DNA from: Nannocystis bainbridge
GTDB lineage: Bacteria; Myxococcota_A; Polyangia; Nannocystales; Nannocystaceae
DNA: 64,000 bases
Assembly: GCF_028368995.1 (NCBI RefSeq)
Contig: NZ_JAQNDL010000003.1
Coordinates: 768,001 to 832,000 of the forward strand
Direction: 5' to 3'
The translations under genes and the position numbers were made by a program. The notes beneath the pieces were generated by a model, which had not been told where the DNA came from, did not search any database, and saw only the letters and a list, made by a program, of their open reading frames with translations. Shown piece by piece: positions 21,627 through 31,002 of this stretch (position 1 is the first letter of the stretch; the number at the start of each line of letters is the position of its first letter).

Positions 21627-22046
21627 TCATGCCGACTTTCGGGGGGCGCCGTCCTCGTGACGACCCTCGCGCTCGAGCCACGGATAGATGTTGGTATTCT
21701 CGACCTCGGCGTGCCTGCGCATGAGCTCCACGAGAAGCTCGATCGCGGGTGCACGGATCTCGTGCAGTTGGATCTGCAGCCCCAGACTCTCGAGCGCCTG
21801 GAGGATCTCGGCGTGTTGCGCCGAGAGCGTATCGACCATCTCACGACATTCGGGGCCCCGGCGGGCGAACTCTGGGAACACCTGCTCCTGCTCGAATCGA
21901 AAGTGGTTCTCGATGTCGCGGATGAACCCGGTCCACACGGCGTCGACTTCGCCCCAGGCCCCTGCATTGGCGAAGTTGCACAGGTCGTCGAACTCCTGAT
22001 CGAAGGCGACGTGGTCGTCATGAAGGCGGCGGGCGACGCCGGCCAT
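21627..22046 (-). CDS. Hemerythrin/HHE cation-binding domain protein
   Basis: DH..HFRFEQEQVFP..QH..HAEVENTNIYP. Confidence 0.8.
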   Translation of the reverse strand: MAGVARRLHDDHVAFDQEFDDLCNFANAGAWGEVDAVWTGFIRDIENHFRFEQEQVFPEFARRGPECREMVDTLSAQHAEILQALESLGLQIQLHEIRAPAIELLVELMRRHAEVENTNIYPWLEREGRHEDGAPRKSA

Positions 22047-22275
22047 GTCTCGAGAATTCGTCTTTTTCCGCATCCCGAGAGCTTCCCCCCCCGCGCCCCG
22101 GCGGCCAGCGAGAGTATTGCGCCCAGCCCGGGGACCGGGAATGGGCAGGCCCAGGCCGGACGACGACCGGGCCCATGCATCCATAGCGCCCGATGGCGCG
22201 TCTGGCGCCAGGAGTCGCGCGCGCCGCGAGGGCGGCTCGAATTGATGTGTCGCCCTGGGCGACGCGCACGAGGGC

Positions 22276-22464
22276 GTGCAACACCTTGAGCCTGAAATCC
22301 ACTTCCTCCTCGCCAGAGCTCTCCACGTCACAAAGGGCGACCGCACCCGCGTGCTCTCCGAGGCGCGCAGGGCCGCCGATGGCTTCGGCGCGGCCAGCGA
22401 GGGCAAGGCGAAGGAACTCGCAGAGGTCGAGGCGTTCCTGGCGAAGCACAAAGATGCCCGGTGA
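22276..22464 (+). pseudogene. Remnant C-terminus of a myxobacterial kinase-TPR protein
   Basis: FLLARAL..ELAEVEAFLAKH resembles the end of the 28000-31002 protein; no upstream domains. Confidence 0.45.
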
Positions 22465-22897
22465 CCAGGAGGCCGCGTCCCGAACGTCACGAGGCTCGGG
22501 GCCGCTGGGCGCGCGCCGTCTGGGGTATGCACCGGGAGGTGTGCCCAGCGACGCCACAGAGTTGGCACGCCAGAGGGCAAGGGGCGGCAGCGGACGCAGG
22601 CGTGCGAGCTCGCGCTGCGCTGGCTGCAGCACCATGGCCAGCTCGAGTCCGCCCAATATGTGCTGCGCGGGCTCTTGTATGCAGCCCCCCCGCCTGCCGT
22701 CCTCGACTACGCGCTGGTGTGGGTCACGCTGCACCGCGGGGACGAGCTGCGGTTCGTGGCCCTCCCGCTGCTGCGCCGCCCGGAACTCGACGACACCCGC
22801 TGGTGCGTGTGCGCCGACCTCGTGTGTCAGCGGGTGAACGAGGATCCCCGGTGGCGCTCCGACAAGGAGGAACATCTCTCCCGCGCTCCCGCATTTG

Positions 22898-24010
22898 TCA
22901 CACTCCGTCGCCCATCAGCGTGCGGCTCTCGGGTTTGCCGCCGTTCCAGTGGATCATCTGGAGGTACCAGCCCTCGTGGTATTGGTCCTCGTAGAGCACC
23001 TCGTCGAGGCCGTCGCCGTCGATGTCGACGAGGGCGAAGAAGGTGGCGGCGCCGAGGACGTCGGCGACGGCGAAGAACTCGACGGCGCCGTCGGTTCTGG
23101 TGAAGAGCACGCCCGAGACTTCGAAGTCATCCTCGCCGCTCTTCGCCATCGCGTGGACGAACGCGACGTGCGAGCGTCCGCCCGGGAAGCGGCCGGGGAA
23201 CAGCTTGACGTGCTTCTCGGCGATCATCGTCTTGCGCACGTGCGGGCGCAGGTCCTCGTCGAGCTTGGGCAAGAGCGCCTCCACGATGCGACCGAGGGCG
23301 CCGGGCGCGAGCGCGGCCGGGGCGAGCGGCTTGGGCGCGACCAGCTTCGCGGTCGTGGCCGCGTGGCCGCGGAGGGCGATCGCCCAGCCCTTCGCGCGCG
23401 GCTGCGCCGGCCCGAGATCGACCTTGAAGTGCAGTGAGGCCGAGCCGCCCGGGACGCTGGCGCCGAAGCCCGCGGCGCTCCGCTGCTCGGCGCCCGCGAG
23501 GGTCACCAGCGTCCAGGGCTCGCCGTGCGCGAAGCCGACGGGCAGGCCGGCGTCGCCGGGCGCGAAGGGCTCGATGAAGGGCGAGTCCTCCCTGTCGCCC
23601 AGCGCCGCCAGTCGCCGGTCGAGCGGGCCGGTGTCGATCCCCTCGAAGTTGATGATGTCGACCGCCCAGGTGCGAGTCTCGGGGTCGAGCGCAGCGGCGT
23701 ACACCCCGAGCGGCACGAGCGGGGTCGCGGGCAGCGGGTCCGGGGTGGCGACGTTCGCCGGCGGAGCGAGCGGGTCCGGGGTCGCGGGGGCCGTCGTCGC
23801 GGGCGCCGTGAGGTTCGCGGGCGGGTCCGGGGTCACAGGGGCGGCCGGCGCATTCGCAGCGGCGACGGCCGCAGGCGAGCTTTCGACCGGCGCGGCGGCG
23901 GGGTGCGGGGCCCCGGATGGGTCCGAGGAGGCGGTGCAGGCGGCCCCGATCAGCGCGGCGGTCAGGGGTAAAGTTGTCCACCGACGCATGACATCCCGCG
24001 GGGCGCTCAT
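22898..24010 (-). CDS. Hypothetical lipoprotein with Pro-rich linker and DxDGDGxDE motif
   Basis: LIGAAC lipobox; DIDGDGLDE near the C-terminus. Confidence 0.65.
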   Translation of the reverse strand: MSAPRDVMRRWTTLPLTAALIGAACTASSDPSGAPHPAAAPVESSPAAVAAANAPAAPVTPDPPANLTAPATTAPATPDPLAPPANVATPDPLPATPLVPLGVYAAALDPETRTWAVDIINFEGIDTGPLDRRLAALGDREDSPFIEPFAPGDAGLPVGFAHGEPWTLVTLAGAEQRSAAGFGASVPGGSASLHFKVDLGPAQPRAKGWAIALRGHAATTAKLVAPKPLAPAALAPGALGRIVEALLPKLDEDLRPHVRKTMIAEKHVKLFPGRFPGGRSHVAFVHAMAKSGEDDFEVSGVLFTRTDGAVEFFAVADVLGAATFFALVDIDGDGLDEVLYEDQYHEGWYLQMIHWNGGKPESRTLMGDGV

Positions 24011-24503
24011 GGACGTATCATCCGCCCGAAGCGCGAGCGGCGTCCACTGCCGGGTACGAGCGCAGGGGGCGAGGGCGCGCGAGGGCTGAACGTGATGACC
24101 CGGGCCCAGGCGTGTGCCGTGGGCGTTGGCGCGCTACCGCCGCTCCAGGCGCGCCCCCTCACCGACGATAGACGCGCCGTGAGGTCGAGCCGCCCGGCCC
24201 CACGCGAGAGCGCCGGGCGCTAGCGCGGCGACCTCGAACATCACCGGCGGCCACCCGTGCGAGAGCGGCCCGAGGGGGGCGATCACTTCGAGCACGTGCA
24301 CAGGTGCTTCATCCCGAGTTTCGTCGTCCCGTCGAACCGTCCGAGGCTCTCGTCGAGGTCGAACCCATGAGTCTTATGGCGAGCGGAGAACAAGCGGGCG
24401 ACCTGCCGGAGGCGCCCGAACAAGTCGGCAGCGGGCTCGCGGATGGACTCTCCCCGCTGGTGATGCGTGCCCGGGCGCTTGTATTCTTGTTGCCGCAGGC
24501 CCG

Positions 24504-24745
24504 GTCGGCAGCGACGAGGGCGCGCGCGTCAACACCATCTTCGTCTCGCTCCTGGCCATCTGCCAGCTCCAAGGCATCGAGCCCTGGGACTATCTGCGCG
24601 ACCTCTTCTGCCTGCTCCCCTCCTGGCCGATGAGCCGCGTCCTCGAGCTCGCCCCGGCGTTCTGGAAGCAGACTCTCCAGCAAGAGGACACTCAGCAGCG
24701 CCTCGCCGCCAACGTCTTCCGGGCGGTCGCGCTCGCCGAGCATGC
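24504..24745 (+). mobile_element. IS66-family transposase (TnpC) C-terminal remnant
   Basis: VGSDEGARVNTIFVSLLAICQLQGIEPWDYLRDLFCLLPSWPMSRVLELAP. Confidence 0.85.
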
Positions 24746-24784
24746 ACTGTGCTGTATCGCCCGTGGCCTTTCGGGCCAGGGGAT

Positions 24785-24895
24785 TCTGGGCCGACAGGGC
24801 CGGCTGGCTGAAAGTGCAGGCGCCGGGCCGCCCGCGTCACGTTGCGCTCGGCGAGCAGGGAGTCGAGCGCGACGAGCAAATTGAGGTCGAGGCCG
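24785..24895 (-). pseudogene. LysR-family HTH remnant
   Basis: LDLNLLVALDSLLAERNVTRAARRLH, then frameshifted SQPALSAQ. Confidence 0.8.
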
Positions 24896-25068
24896 AGGTC
24901 GCCGGGCTGGTGCGGAGGCTGTCGTGGTCGGCGCGCAGGGTCGCGGACCTGCTGCGCAAGCACGCGCAGGCGCTCAAACCCCGCATCGAACACCTAGCGA
25001 TATCCTCGGTGATCGCATCATCCTGGAATGCGAACACAGCGTTGAACCTGCTTACAACTGTCACAGGT

Positions 25069-25440
25069 TTAAGCCCCGGACAATTCGGGACCCGATGCAG
25101 GCCTTGCGCATCGTTGAAGCGCCATTGGAGGCGCTATCTCTGCCACAAAGTCCGCATCCGTGTCCACCGAGCCCGACATGATGATCACAGGGTTCGGAGC
25201 CAGTGCCGGATCCAACAGTTGCGCAGCCCGAAATTCCCATCCGCTCATTATCGGCATCCTGAGTTCCAGGAGAATGACAGACGGTGCTCCAGACCCCCCT
25301 GGCGCAAGATCGGCGCGAAGTTGCGCGAGGGCGTCGACACCGTTCGACGCCGTGACGACCTTGAACCCTTGGACTTGCAAAAGTAGTGCAAGCATCTCGC
25401 GTGCGTCGGGATCGTCCTCGACGACCAGAATCCGCTGCAT
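25069..25440 (-). pseudogene. Degenerate paralog of the 6476-6853 response regulator
   Basis: Near-identical N-terminal region; phospho-Asp replaced by Glu (LLELRMP); C-terminal KP segment replaced. Confidence 0.75.
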
Positions 25441-25805
25441 TGACTGAGCATCGCAGGGCGCGACTCCTCACGCAACAGGCCGACACAACGCTTGGACATG
25501 CGGCCTCAGCAGCGCTTGCCATCTATACAGCCACCGCGGCAACGACGAGGCGGAGAACGGGTCAGCGCGCAGTTCAGGCCGACGAGAGGACCACGACAGC
25601 GACGGCGGCGCGGCTCAGCTTCTGCCGCATCTCGCGGCAAGGGCCGAGGCGCCGGGCGCCGGCCGGCGAGAGATGAATCCGCATGCCGGCGCGCGTCTCC
25701 CGGCATGGGAGGCGCAAGCCGCGCTCTGTGTTTTTGTGCCATCAACCGCTTGCATGCTGAGGTGTGGCACGGTATTTATAGGGCACGCGGGTGCGTGCCT
25801 GCGTA

Positions 25806-25857
25806 GGGTGTGACGGGAGGGCCGTCACAGGTTCTGGAGTGGTCGGGCCGCCATTCC
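25806..25857 (+). ncRNA. Structured cis-regulatory RNA, nhaA-I (Li+-I riboswitch)-like, copy 1
   Basis: GGG-TGTGACGG/CCGTCACA stem-GG...TGGTCGGGCCGCCA; family assigned from recalled consensus. Confidence 0.6.
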
Positions 25858-26307
25858 GCAGATCGCAGGAGCGATCGCGGAAGACAACCCGATGCCACCG
25901 AACCTGCTGGACTTTGTGTCCGCACCGACCCTCATCAACACTGTCGTGGCTGGAGACGCGCTCTGCCCTCTCGTGAGACGGGCTCTTCGTGTTCGTCGTC
26001 GTCCGCCGTCGCGGGACCGACACGCCGTCGATGGTGACGTTGCACCTGTCGGCCGTGCTTGCGCGGGCAAAGCGGGCGCAGCCGCCGCTCCGCGGGCACT
26101 GCCTTTCCGTCGCGGGACCGCCGGTAACGTGCCCCTCGCCGCCGGTGTCTTCTTGTTTCACCTCGGACGAAGTCCTCCACGGTGAATGCGGTCGATCGGC
26201 TGACCATACGGACTCCGACGAGGAGACGCAGGCTTCCATAAGCGTCTCCGCGTGCCGGGATCCTGTCATTTACGTTTGTTCGCGGTTCGAACCCGGGAGC
26301 GCTCGCT

Positions 26308-26550
26308 ATGTCCATCTCCGAAATCGCCGACAACAAGTGGGAACTCGAAGCATCCAAGGCACCGATCGCAACCCCCGGCGGGGTGCTGCAGATCCTCGTC
26401 ATCACCTTCTTCGCGGGCTTGTTCGCGTGGATGGTGGTGTTCGCCTTCCAGGGCATCTTTGGCGCCAGGCGTGACAGCCTCGCAGATCAATACGGAAGGC
26501 TCACCGTGGACGGCAAGCCAGCACCCGCCGCTGCGCCCGCCTCCCAGTGA
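26308..26550 (+). CDS. Small membrane protein
   Basis: One hydrophobic segment VLQILVITFFAGLFAWMVVFAF; GGGAG upstream. Confidence 0.6.
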   Translation: MSISEIADNKWELEASKAPIATPGGVLQILVITFFAGLFAWMVVFAFQGIFGARRDSLADQYGRLTVDGKPAPAAAPASQ

Positions 26551-26679
26551 TCATGCGCGGCCCCGGCCTCGCGGAGGCAGGCTCGTGCGCGCCATGCGAC
26601 CCATCTCGCGCGAATCATCGCACGTGAAGCTCTTCGTCAGACCTGCTGCCAGCGCGAGATAGACTCACACACAATCCAA

Positions 26680-26770
26680 GGGTGCGCCGGCGTTCGGTTC
26701 GCTGGTGCAGGTTTTAGCTCACCCCGTCCACAGACGGTTGTGAGCGCTGAAATGGTCGGGCCGCCATTTC
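26680..26770 (+). ncRNA. Structured cis-regulatory RNA, nhaA-I-like, copy 2
   Basis: GGG-TGCGCCGGCG/CGCTGGTGCA stem-GG, inserted hairpin, TGGTCGGGCCGCCA; about 30 nt upstream of a GGAGG-led gene. Confidence 0.6.
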
Positions 26771-26803
26771 GCATGCCGCGCTCTGCGGCTGTGGAGGCGA
26801 ACC

Positions 26804-27130
26804 GTGCAACAAACAAATATCATCGAGGACGCGCCGGCTCCGGCTGGATGCGCGCTGCGACTGTTCTGGATGCTCATCGGCAACGCGATCGTGTACGCGT
26901 CGCTGGCCGTGATCGCAATGGAAGGGGCTGCTTTCCCCTCCCCACTCGACGGCGTCGTCTGGGTCACCGTCGTTCTCAGCATCATCGCGCGAAGGGTCGA
27001 CATCACACGATGGAGCGGCAAGACGGCCAGCGGCGAACCGGCCTCGCTGGTCCACTGGCGCCGCTTCTCGGCGACCCTGCTCGTCATGACCGCGGTGGCA
27101 TCGGCTCTCGCCCATTGGATCGGTAAGTGA
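26804..27130 (+). CDS. Small 3-TM membrane protein
   Basis: GGAGG RBS; three hydrophobic segments. Confidence 0.7.
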   Translation: MQQTNIIEDAPAPAGCALRLFWMLIGNAIVYASLAVIAMEGAAFPSPLDGVVWVTVVLSIIARRVDITRWSGKTASGEPASLVHWRRFSATLLVMTAVASALAHWIGK

Positions 27131-27252
27131 GGCTGTCCGCAGCCGGCCTCGCGCCCGCCTGTAAACAGCGGTAACAGCGCCAACTCCCCGCGGAGTCTTG
27201 CGCTTCGGCGACGCGCGGGTGCTGGGCGACACGGAGGTGGCAGCCGCACGGC

Positions 27253-27951
27253 TCACTCGCCGCTGGCGTCCGCCTCCGGAGGCCTGCCGCCCTCGTCATC
27301 GACGAGATCCTCGAGATCGTCGGCCGATCGCCCCTGGATCGACGCCAACCACTGGTCGAAATCGCCGAGAGTCGACGCCCTCAGCTCCGGTCTGGCCGCA
27401 AGCTCGGTGATGATCCCGCGCAGCATCTCGCGTCCGCGGCGGAGGCGGCTGCGGACGGTGCCCTCAGGGATCTCGAGCACCTGGGCGATCTCTCGGCTGA
27501 GCAGCCCCTCCCAATAGAAGAGCTCAAGCGCGGTCTGGAGGTCGAGCGGGAGCCGCCGGAGCGCGCGCAGGAGAAGCGCCTGCTCCTCGCTCTCGACGAC
27601 GATCTGGGTGACCGAGAGGTCGAGGTCGGCGACCCGCGAGGCGTGGAGCTCTTCGCCCTCGTCCTTCGGCGCCCAGCGCTCGCGGTACTTGAGCAGGACC
27701 TTCCTGGCGATCGCGAAGAGGAACGTGCGGAAGGAGGCGTCCTGGCGGAAGCGCTCCTTGGCGCTGACGCAACCGAGGAAGGTCTCCTGCACGAGATCGT
27801 CGGCGTCGCGCGGGACCTTGTTGCAGAAGAAGCGGTAGACCGACTCGAAGTGGCGCTCGAAGAGCACCTCGCCGGCGAGCGCGTCGCCTCCTCGCCAGGC
27901 GTCGAGGAGCTCGAGATCCGAGCGCGTCGTCGTCTTGGAAGTGTGAGACAA
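27253..27951 (-). CDS. ECF sigma factor (start approximate)
   Basis: SDLELLDAWRGGD, DADDLVQETF, FRTFLFAIAR, EIAQVLEIPEGTVRSRLRRGR. Confidence 0.92.
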   Translation of the reverse strand: MSHTSKTTTRSDLELLDAWRGGDALAGEVLFERHFESVYRFFCNKVPRDADDLVQETFLGCVSAKERFRQDASFRTFLFAIARKVLLKYRERWAPKDEGEELHASRVADLDLSVTQIVVESEEQALLLRALRRLPLDLQTALELFYWEGLLSREIAQVLEIPEGTVRSRLRRGREMLRGIITELAARPELRASTLGDFDQWLASIQGRSADDLEDLVDDEGGRPPEADASGE

Positions 27952-27999
27952 GGCGCGGATAATCGACGCCAGGCGGGGGAAACGCAACCGGAGCGGTCG

Positions 28000-30900
28000 A
28001 TGGAAGAGAGTCTGCGTTTGCGAGGAATCCGCCTCGACCACGGCGCGATCGAGATCCAGATGGCCCGGAGCCAGGCCCGCGCCCGCCTCTTCGGTCGCCC
28101 GGCCGAGCCGATTCGCCTCGGCCGCTTCGTCGTGCTCCGCCGCGTCGGCAGCGGCGGTATGGGCGTGGTCTACGAGGCGTACGACCCGCAGCTCGATCGC
28201 AAGGTCGCGCTCAAGCTCCTGCGCTCCGACGTCGGGGGGAGCGCCGTGCTCACGTCCCAGTTACGTCTCGACGAGCTCAGCGCCGAGGCCCGGGCGATGG
28301 CCCGCCTGTCCCATCCCAACGTCGTGACCGTCTTCGATGTCGGCGAGGTCGACGGTCGGGTCTACATCGCGATGGAGTACGTCGCGCCACCGACGCTGCG
28401 TGGCTGGCTCGAGGCGGAGCCACGGAGCGTCGCGGCGATCGTCGCGGTGATGCTCGAGGCGGGCGCCGGCCTCGCGGCGGCTCACCGCGCCGGGCTGGTC
28501 CACCGCGACTTCAAGCCGGAGAACGTAGTCGTCCCCAGCGGTGAGCCTGTGCGGGTGATGGATTTCGGCCTCGCCCGCCGCCTCGAGCCGCTGTTCGAAC
28601 GACTCGAGCGCTCCGGCATGAGCGCCCTGGCGACCCGCGAGGGGGTGCTGACGACCCAGCTCGCCGGCACCCCGCTCTACATGGCCCCCGAGCAGTTCCA
28701 TCCCGGGGCGATCGACGTCCGCGCCGATCAGTGGGCGTTCTGCGCGACGCTCTTCGAGGCGCTCCACGGGCGCCCGCCCTTCAGCCTCGGCGAGCGGCTG
28801 CTCGGCTCGGCTCGGCTCCGCCTGCCGACCGAGGCGCGCAGTGGGCCGATCCCCCCGCCGCTCAACGCAGTCCTGCGGCGCGGCCTCAGCTTCGATCCGG
28901 CGCAGCGCTTCGAGTCGATGGACGCGCTCCTCGAGTGCCTGCGACCATCGCGTCGACGGAGCCGCGCGCCGCTCTTGGGGCTCGCCGCGGCCGCGGTCAT
29001 CGCTGCGGTCACGGCCGGGCTCCTCGGCGCCCGGCCGCCCGTCGCCGACCCATGCCCTGCCCGTGAGGACAGGCTCCGCGCGGCCTGGAGCGAGGCCGAC
29101 GCCGCCCAGCTCCACGCCCGCTTCGCCGAGTCCGGCCTCGCCTACGCCGCGACGAGCGCGGAGCGGACCGCGGCCCTCTTCGACCGTTACGGCGAGGAGT
29201 GGATCGCCGCCGAACGTTTGGTCTGCCTCCTCGGCCGCAGCGGCGCCGAAGCGCGGGTGAGCGAGCGCGGCGCCTGCCTCGACGAGCGCCTCGAGGCCCT
29301 GGCGGTCACTCGCGACGAGCTCCTCGAGGGCGCAGCGGGGGATCTGCCGCTGACGGTCGAGCGGTCGGTGTCGCTGGCTACCCGACTGCCCCCGATCCGC
29401 GGCTGCGAGCAGGCGCAGCTCGTCCCGACCACCGATCCCCTCGACCGCCAGGCGCGGCGGCGGCTGTCTCGTCACGCGAGTCGAGCGCGCGCGCGCGTCC
29501 AGGCCCGCCGCCTCGACGCCGCCGAGGCGGCGCTCGTCGAGGCACGAGCCGACGGCGGCAGCGACCACCCCGAGAGCGAGGCCGTCCTCGCGCTGCTCGA
29601 GGCTGAGCTCGCGCTCCTGCGAGCGCAGCCCGAGCGGGCGCACGAGCGCCTCGATCGAGTGATCGAGGTCGCGGGTCGGGAACGCCTGGTCGACCTCGTC
29701 GCCGAGGCGGCCGTGATGCAGGCCGAGGTCGAGGCCGGCCTGCGGGTGAACGCCAGCGTCGCTCGCGACATCCTCCGCGTCGCCCGCGTGGCCCTGGCCG
29801 TCTCCGATCCCGGGCCTCAAGCGCGGGGCCGTCTCGAGCTGGTCCAGGCCCGCGTGGAGTACGACAGCAGCCACTTCGAGGCGGGGCGGCGGGCGACCGA
29901 GGCGGCGATCGAGGCGTTCACCGAGGCCGGCGCTCGCGGCCGTCTCAAGCTCAGCGAGGGACTGCAGATGCTGGCGATCCAGACCTTCGGCGCCGGCGAG
30001 TACGAGCAGGCCCGCGCCTTCGCAGAGCAGTCCGAGGGCTTGCAGCTCGAGCTCCTCGGCGCGTCCCACCCCGACCTCGCCAAGACGGCCCTGGTCCTCG
30101 GCGCCGTCGATCTCGTCGACGGCCGCGGCGAGCGGGCCGTCGCCCAATTCCGCCGCGCCGCCGCTCTCCAGGCCGAGAGCCTGGGTAGCGAACACCCGCA
30201 CGTCGCGCAGACCTTGATCAACCTCGGCAACGCCTACCTCGAGCTCGGCGAGCACGCGGCCGCCCTCGCGGAGTACGAGCGCGCCCTTGCGATCTTGCAG
30301 CCGGTGCTCGGGCGCGACGATCCCAGAGTCCTCGCTTGCCTCGCCAATATCGGCGGTAGCCACCGCGGCCTCGGCGAGGCGTCCCGGGCCGAGGCGGTCT
30401 TCCGCGAGGTCATCGTTCGCAGCCGCGGCCTCGGAGAGCCGGGTGCCGCGACTCTCTCCCTGGCGCTCGGCAACCTCGCCCGCGCGCTCCATGATCAAGG
30501 CCGCTTCGCCGAGGCCGAGGACACCTACGAAGAGGCGCTGGTCCTCCGCCGCTCGGTCTTCGGCGACGAGCACCCGAAGACCGCCGCGCTCTACGACGAT
30601 CTCGGCCGGTTCTACATCGACACCGGCCGCTACCGGGACGCGACGCCGCTGATCGAGCGCGGCAAGGCGATCCGGTCCGCCAGCTTCGGCGCCCACCACG
30701 TCGAGTACGCACGCAGCGAGGTGAGCCTTGGCCTCCTCGACCTCGCCCGGGGCCGCAGCGACGAGGCGATCGATCGCATCGACCGCGCCCTCGATCGGCT
30801 CGAGCGCGACGGCCGGGCCGAAGCCCGGGGCGACGCCCGCTTGAACCTCGCACGCGCCCTCAGCCAGCGCGGCCACCCCGGGGACCTCGAGCGCGCCCGC

Positions 30901-31002
30901 GCTCTGATCGCCCGCTGCCGCGAGGGCCCCGCGGGCGCGCCTTACGTCGCCGAGCTCGCGGCCTGGTGCGCCTCGCTAGGCGGCAGGGCCCCTTGCGACT
31001 GA
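28000..31002 (+). CDS. Ser/Thr protein kinase with TM and C-terminal TPR array
   Basis: GSGGMGVV, VALK, HRDFKPEN, DFG, GTPLYMAPE; LGxEHP TPR repeats. Confidence 0.95.
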   Translation: MEESLRLRGIRLDHGAIEIQMARSQARARLFGRPAEPIRLGRFVVLRRVGSGGMGVVYEAYDPQLDRKVALKLLRSDVGGSAVLTSQLRLDELSAEARAMARLSHPNVVTVFDVGEVDGRVYIAMEYVAPPTLRGWLEAEPRSVAAIVAVMLEAGAGLAAAHRAGLVHRDFKPENVVVPSGEPVRVMDFGLARRLEPLFERLERSGMSALATREGVLTTQLAGTPLYMAPEQFHPGAIDVRADQWAFCATLFEALHGRPPFSLGERLLGSARLRLPTEARSGPIPPPLNAVLRRGLSFDPAQRFESMDALLECLRPSRRRSRAPLLGLAAAAVIAAVTAGLLGARPPVADPCPAREDRLRAAWSEADAAQLHARFAESGLAYAATSAERTAALFDRYGEEWIAAERLVCLLGRSGAEARVSERGACLDERLEALAVTRDELLEGAAGDLPLTVERSVSLATRLPPIRGCEQAQLVPTTDPLDRQARRRLSRHASRARARVQARRLDAAEAALVEARADGGSDHPESEAVLALLEAELALLRAQPERAHERLDRVIEVAGRERLVDLVAEAAVMQAEVEAGLRVNASVARDILRVARVALAVSDPGPQARGRLELVQARVEYDSSHFEAGRRATEAAIEAFTEAGARGRLKLSEGLQMLAIQTFGAGEYEQARAFAEQSEGLQLELLGASHPDLAKTALVLGAVDLVDGRGERAVAQFRRAAALQAESLGSEHPHVAQTLINLGNAYLELGEHAAALAEYERALAILQPVLGRDDPRVLACLANIGGSHRGLGEASRAEAVFREVIVRSRGLGEPGAATLSLALGNLARALHDQGRFAEAEDTYEEALVLRRSVFGDEHPKTAALYDDLGRFYIDTGRYRDATPLIERGKAIRSASFGAHHVEYARSEVSLGLLDLARGRSDEAIDRIDRALDRLERDGRAEARGDARLNLARALSQRGHPGDLERARALIARCREGPAGAPYVAELAAWCASLGGRAPCD

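Noticed and set aside
22461-22900. Possible gene between hemerythrin and lipoprotein
   Set aside because: Fragmented frames with no recognisable family.
25765-25780. Sigma-54-like TGGCACG
   Set aside because: The -12 element reads TTAT, lacking the conserved GC.
28261-30876. 871-aa minus-strand ORF
   Set aside because: Antisense shadow of the kinase-TPR gene.
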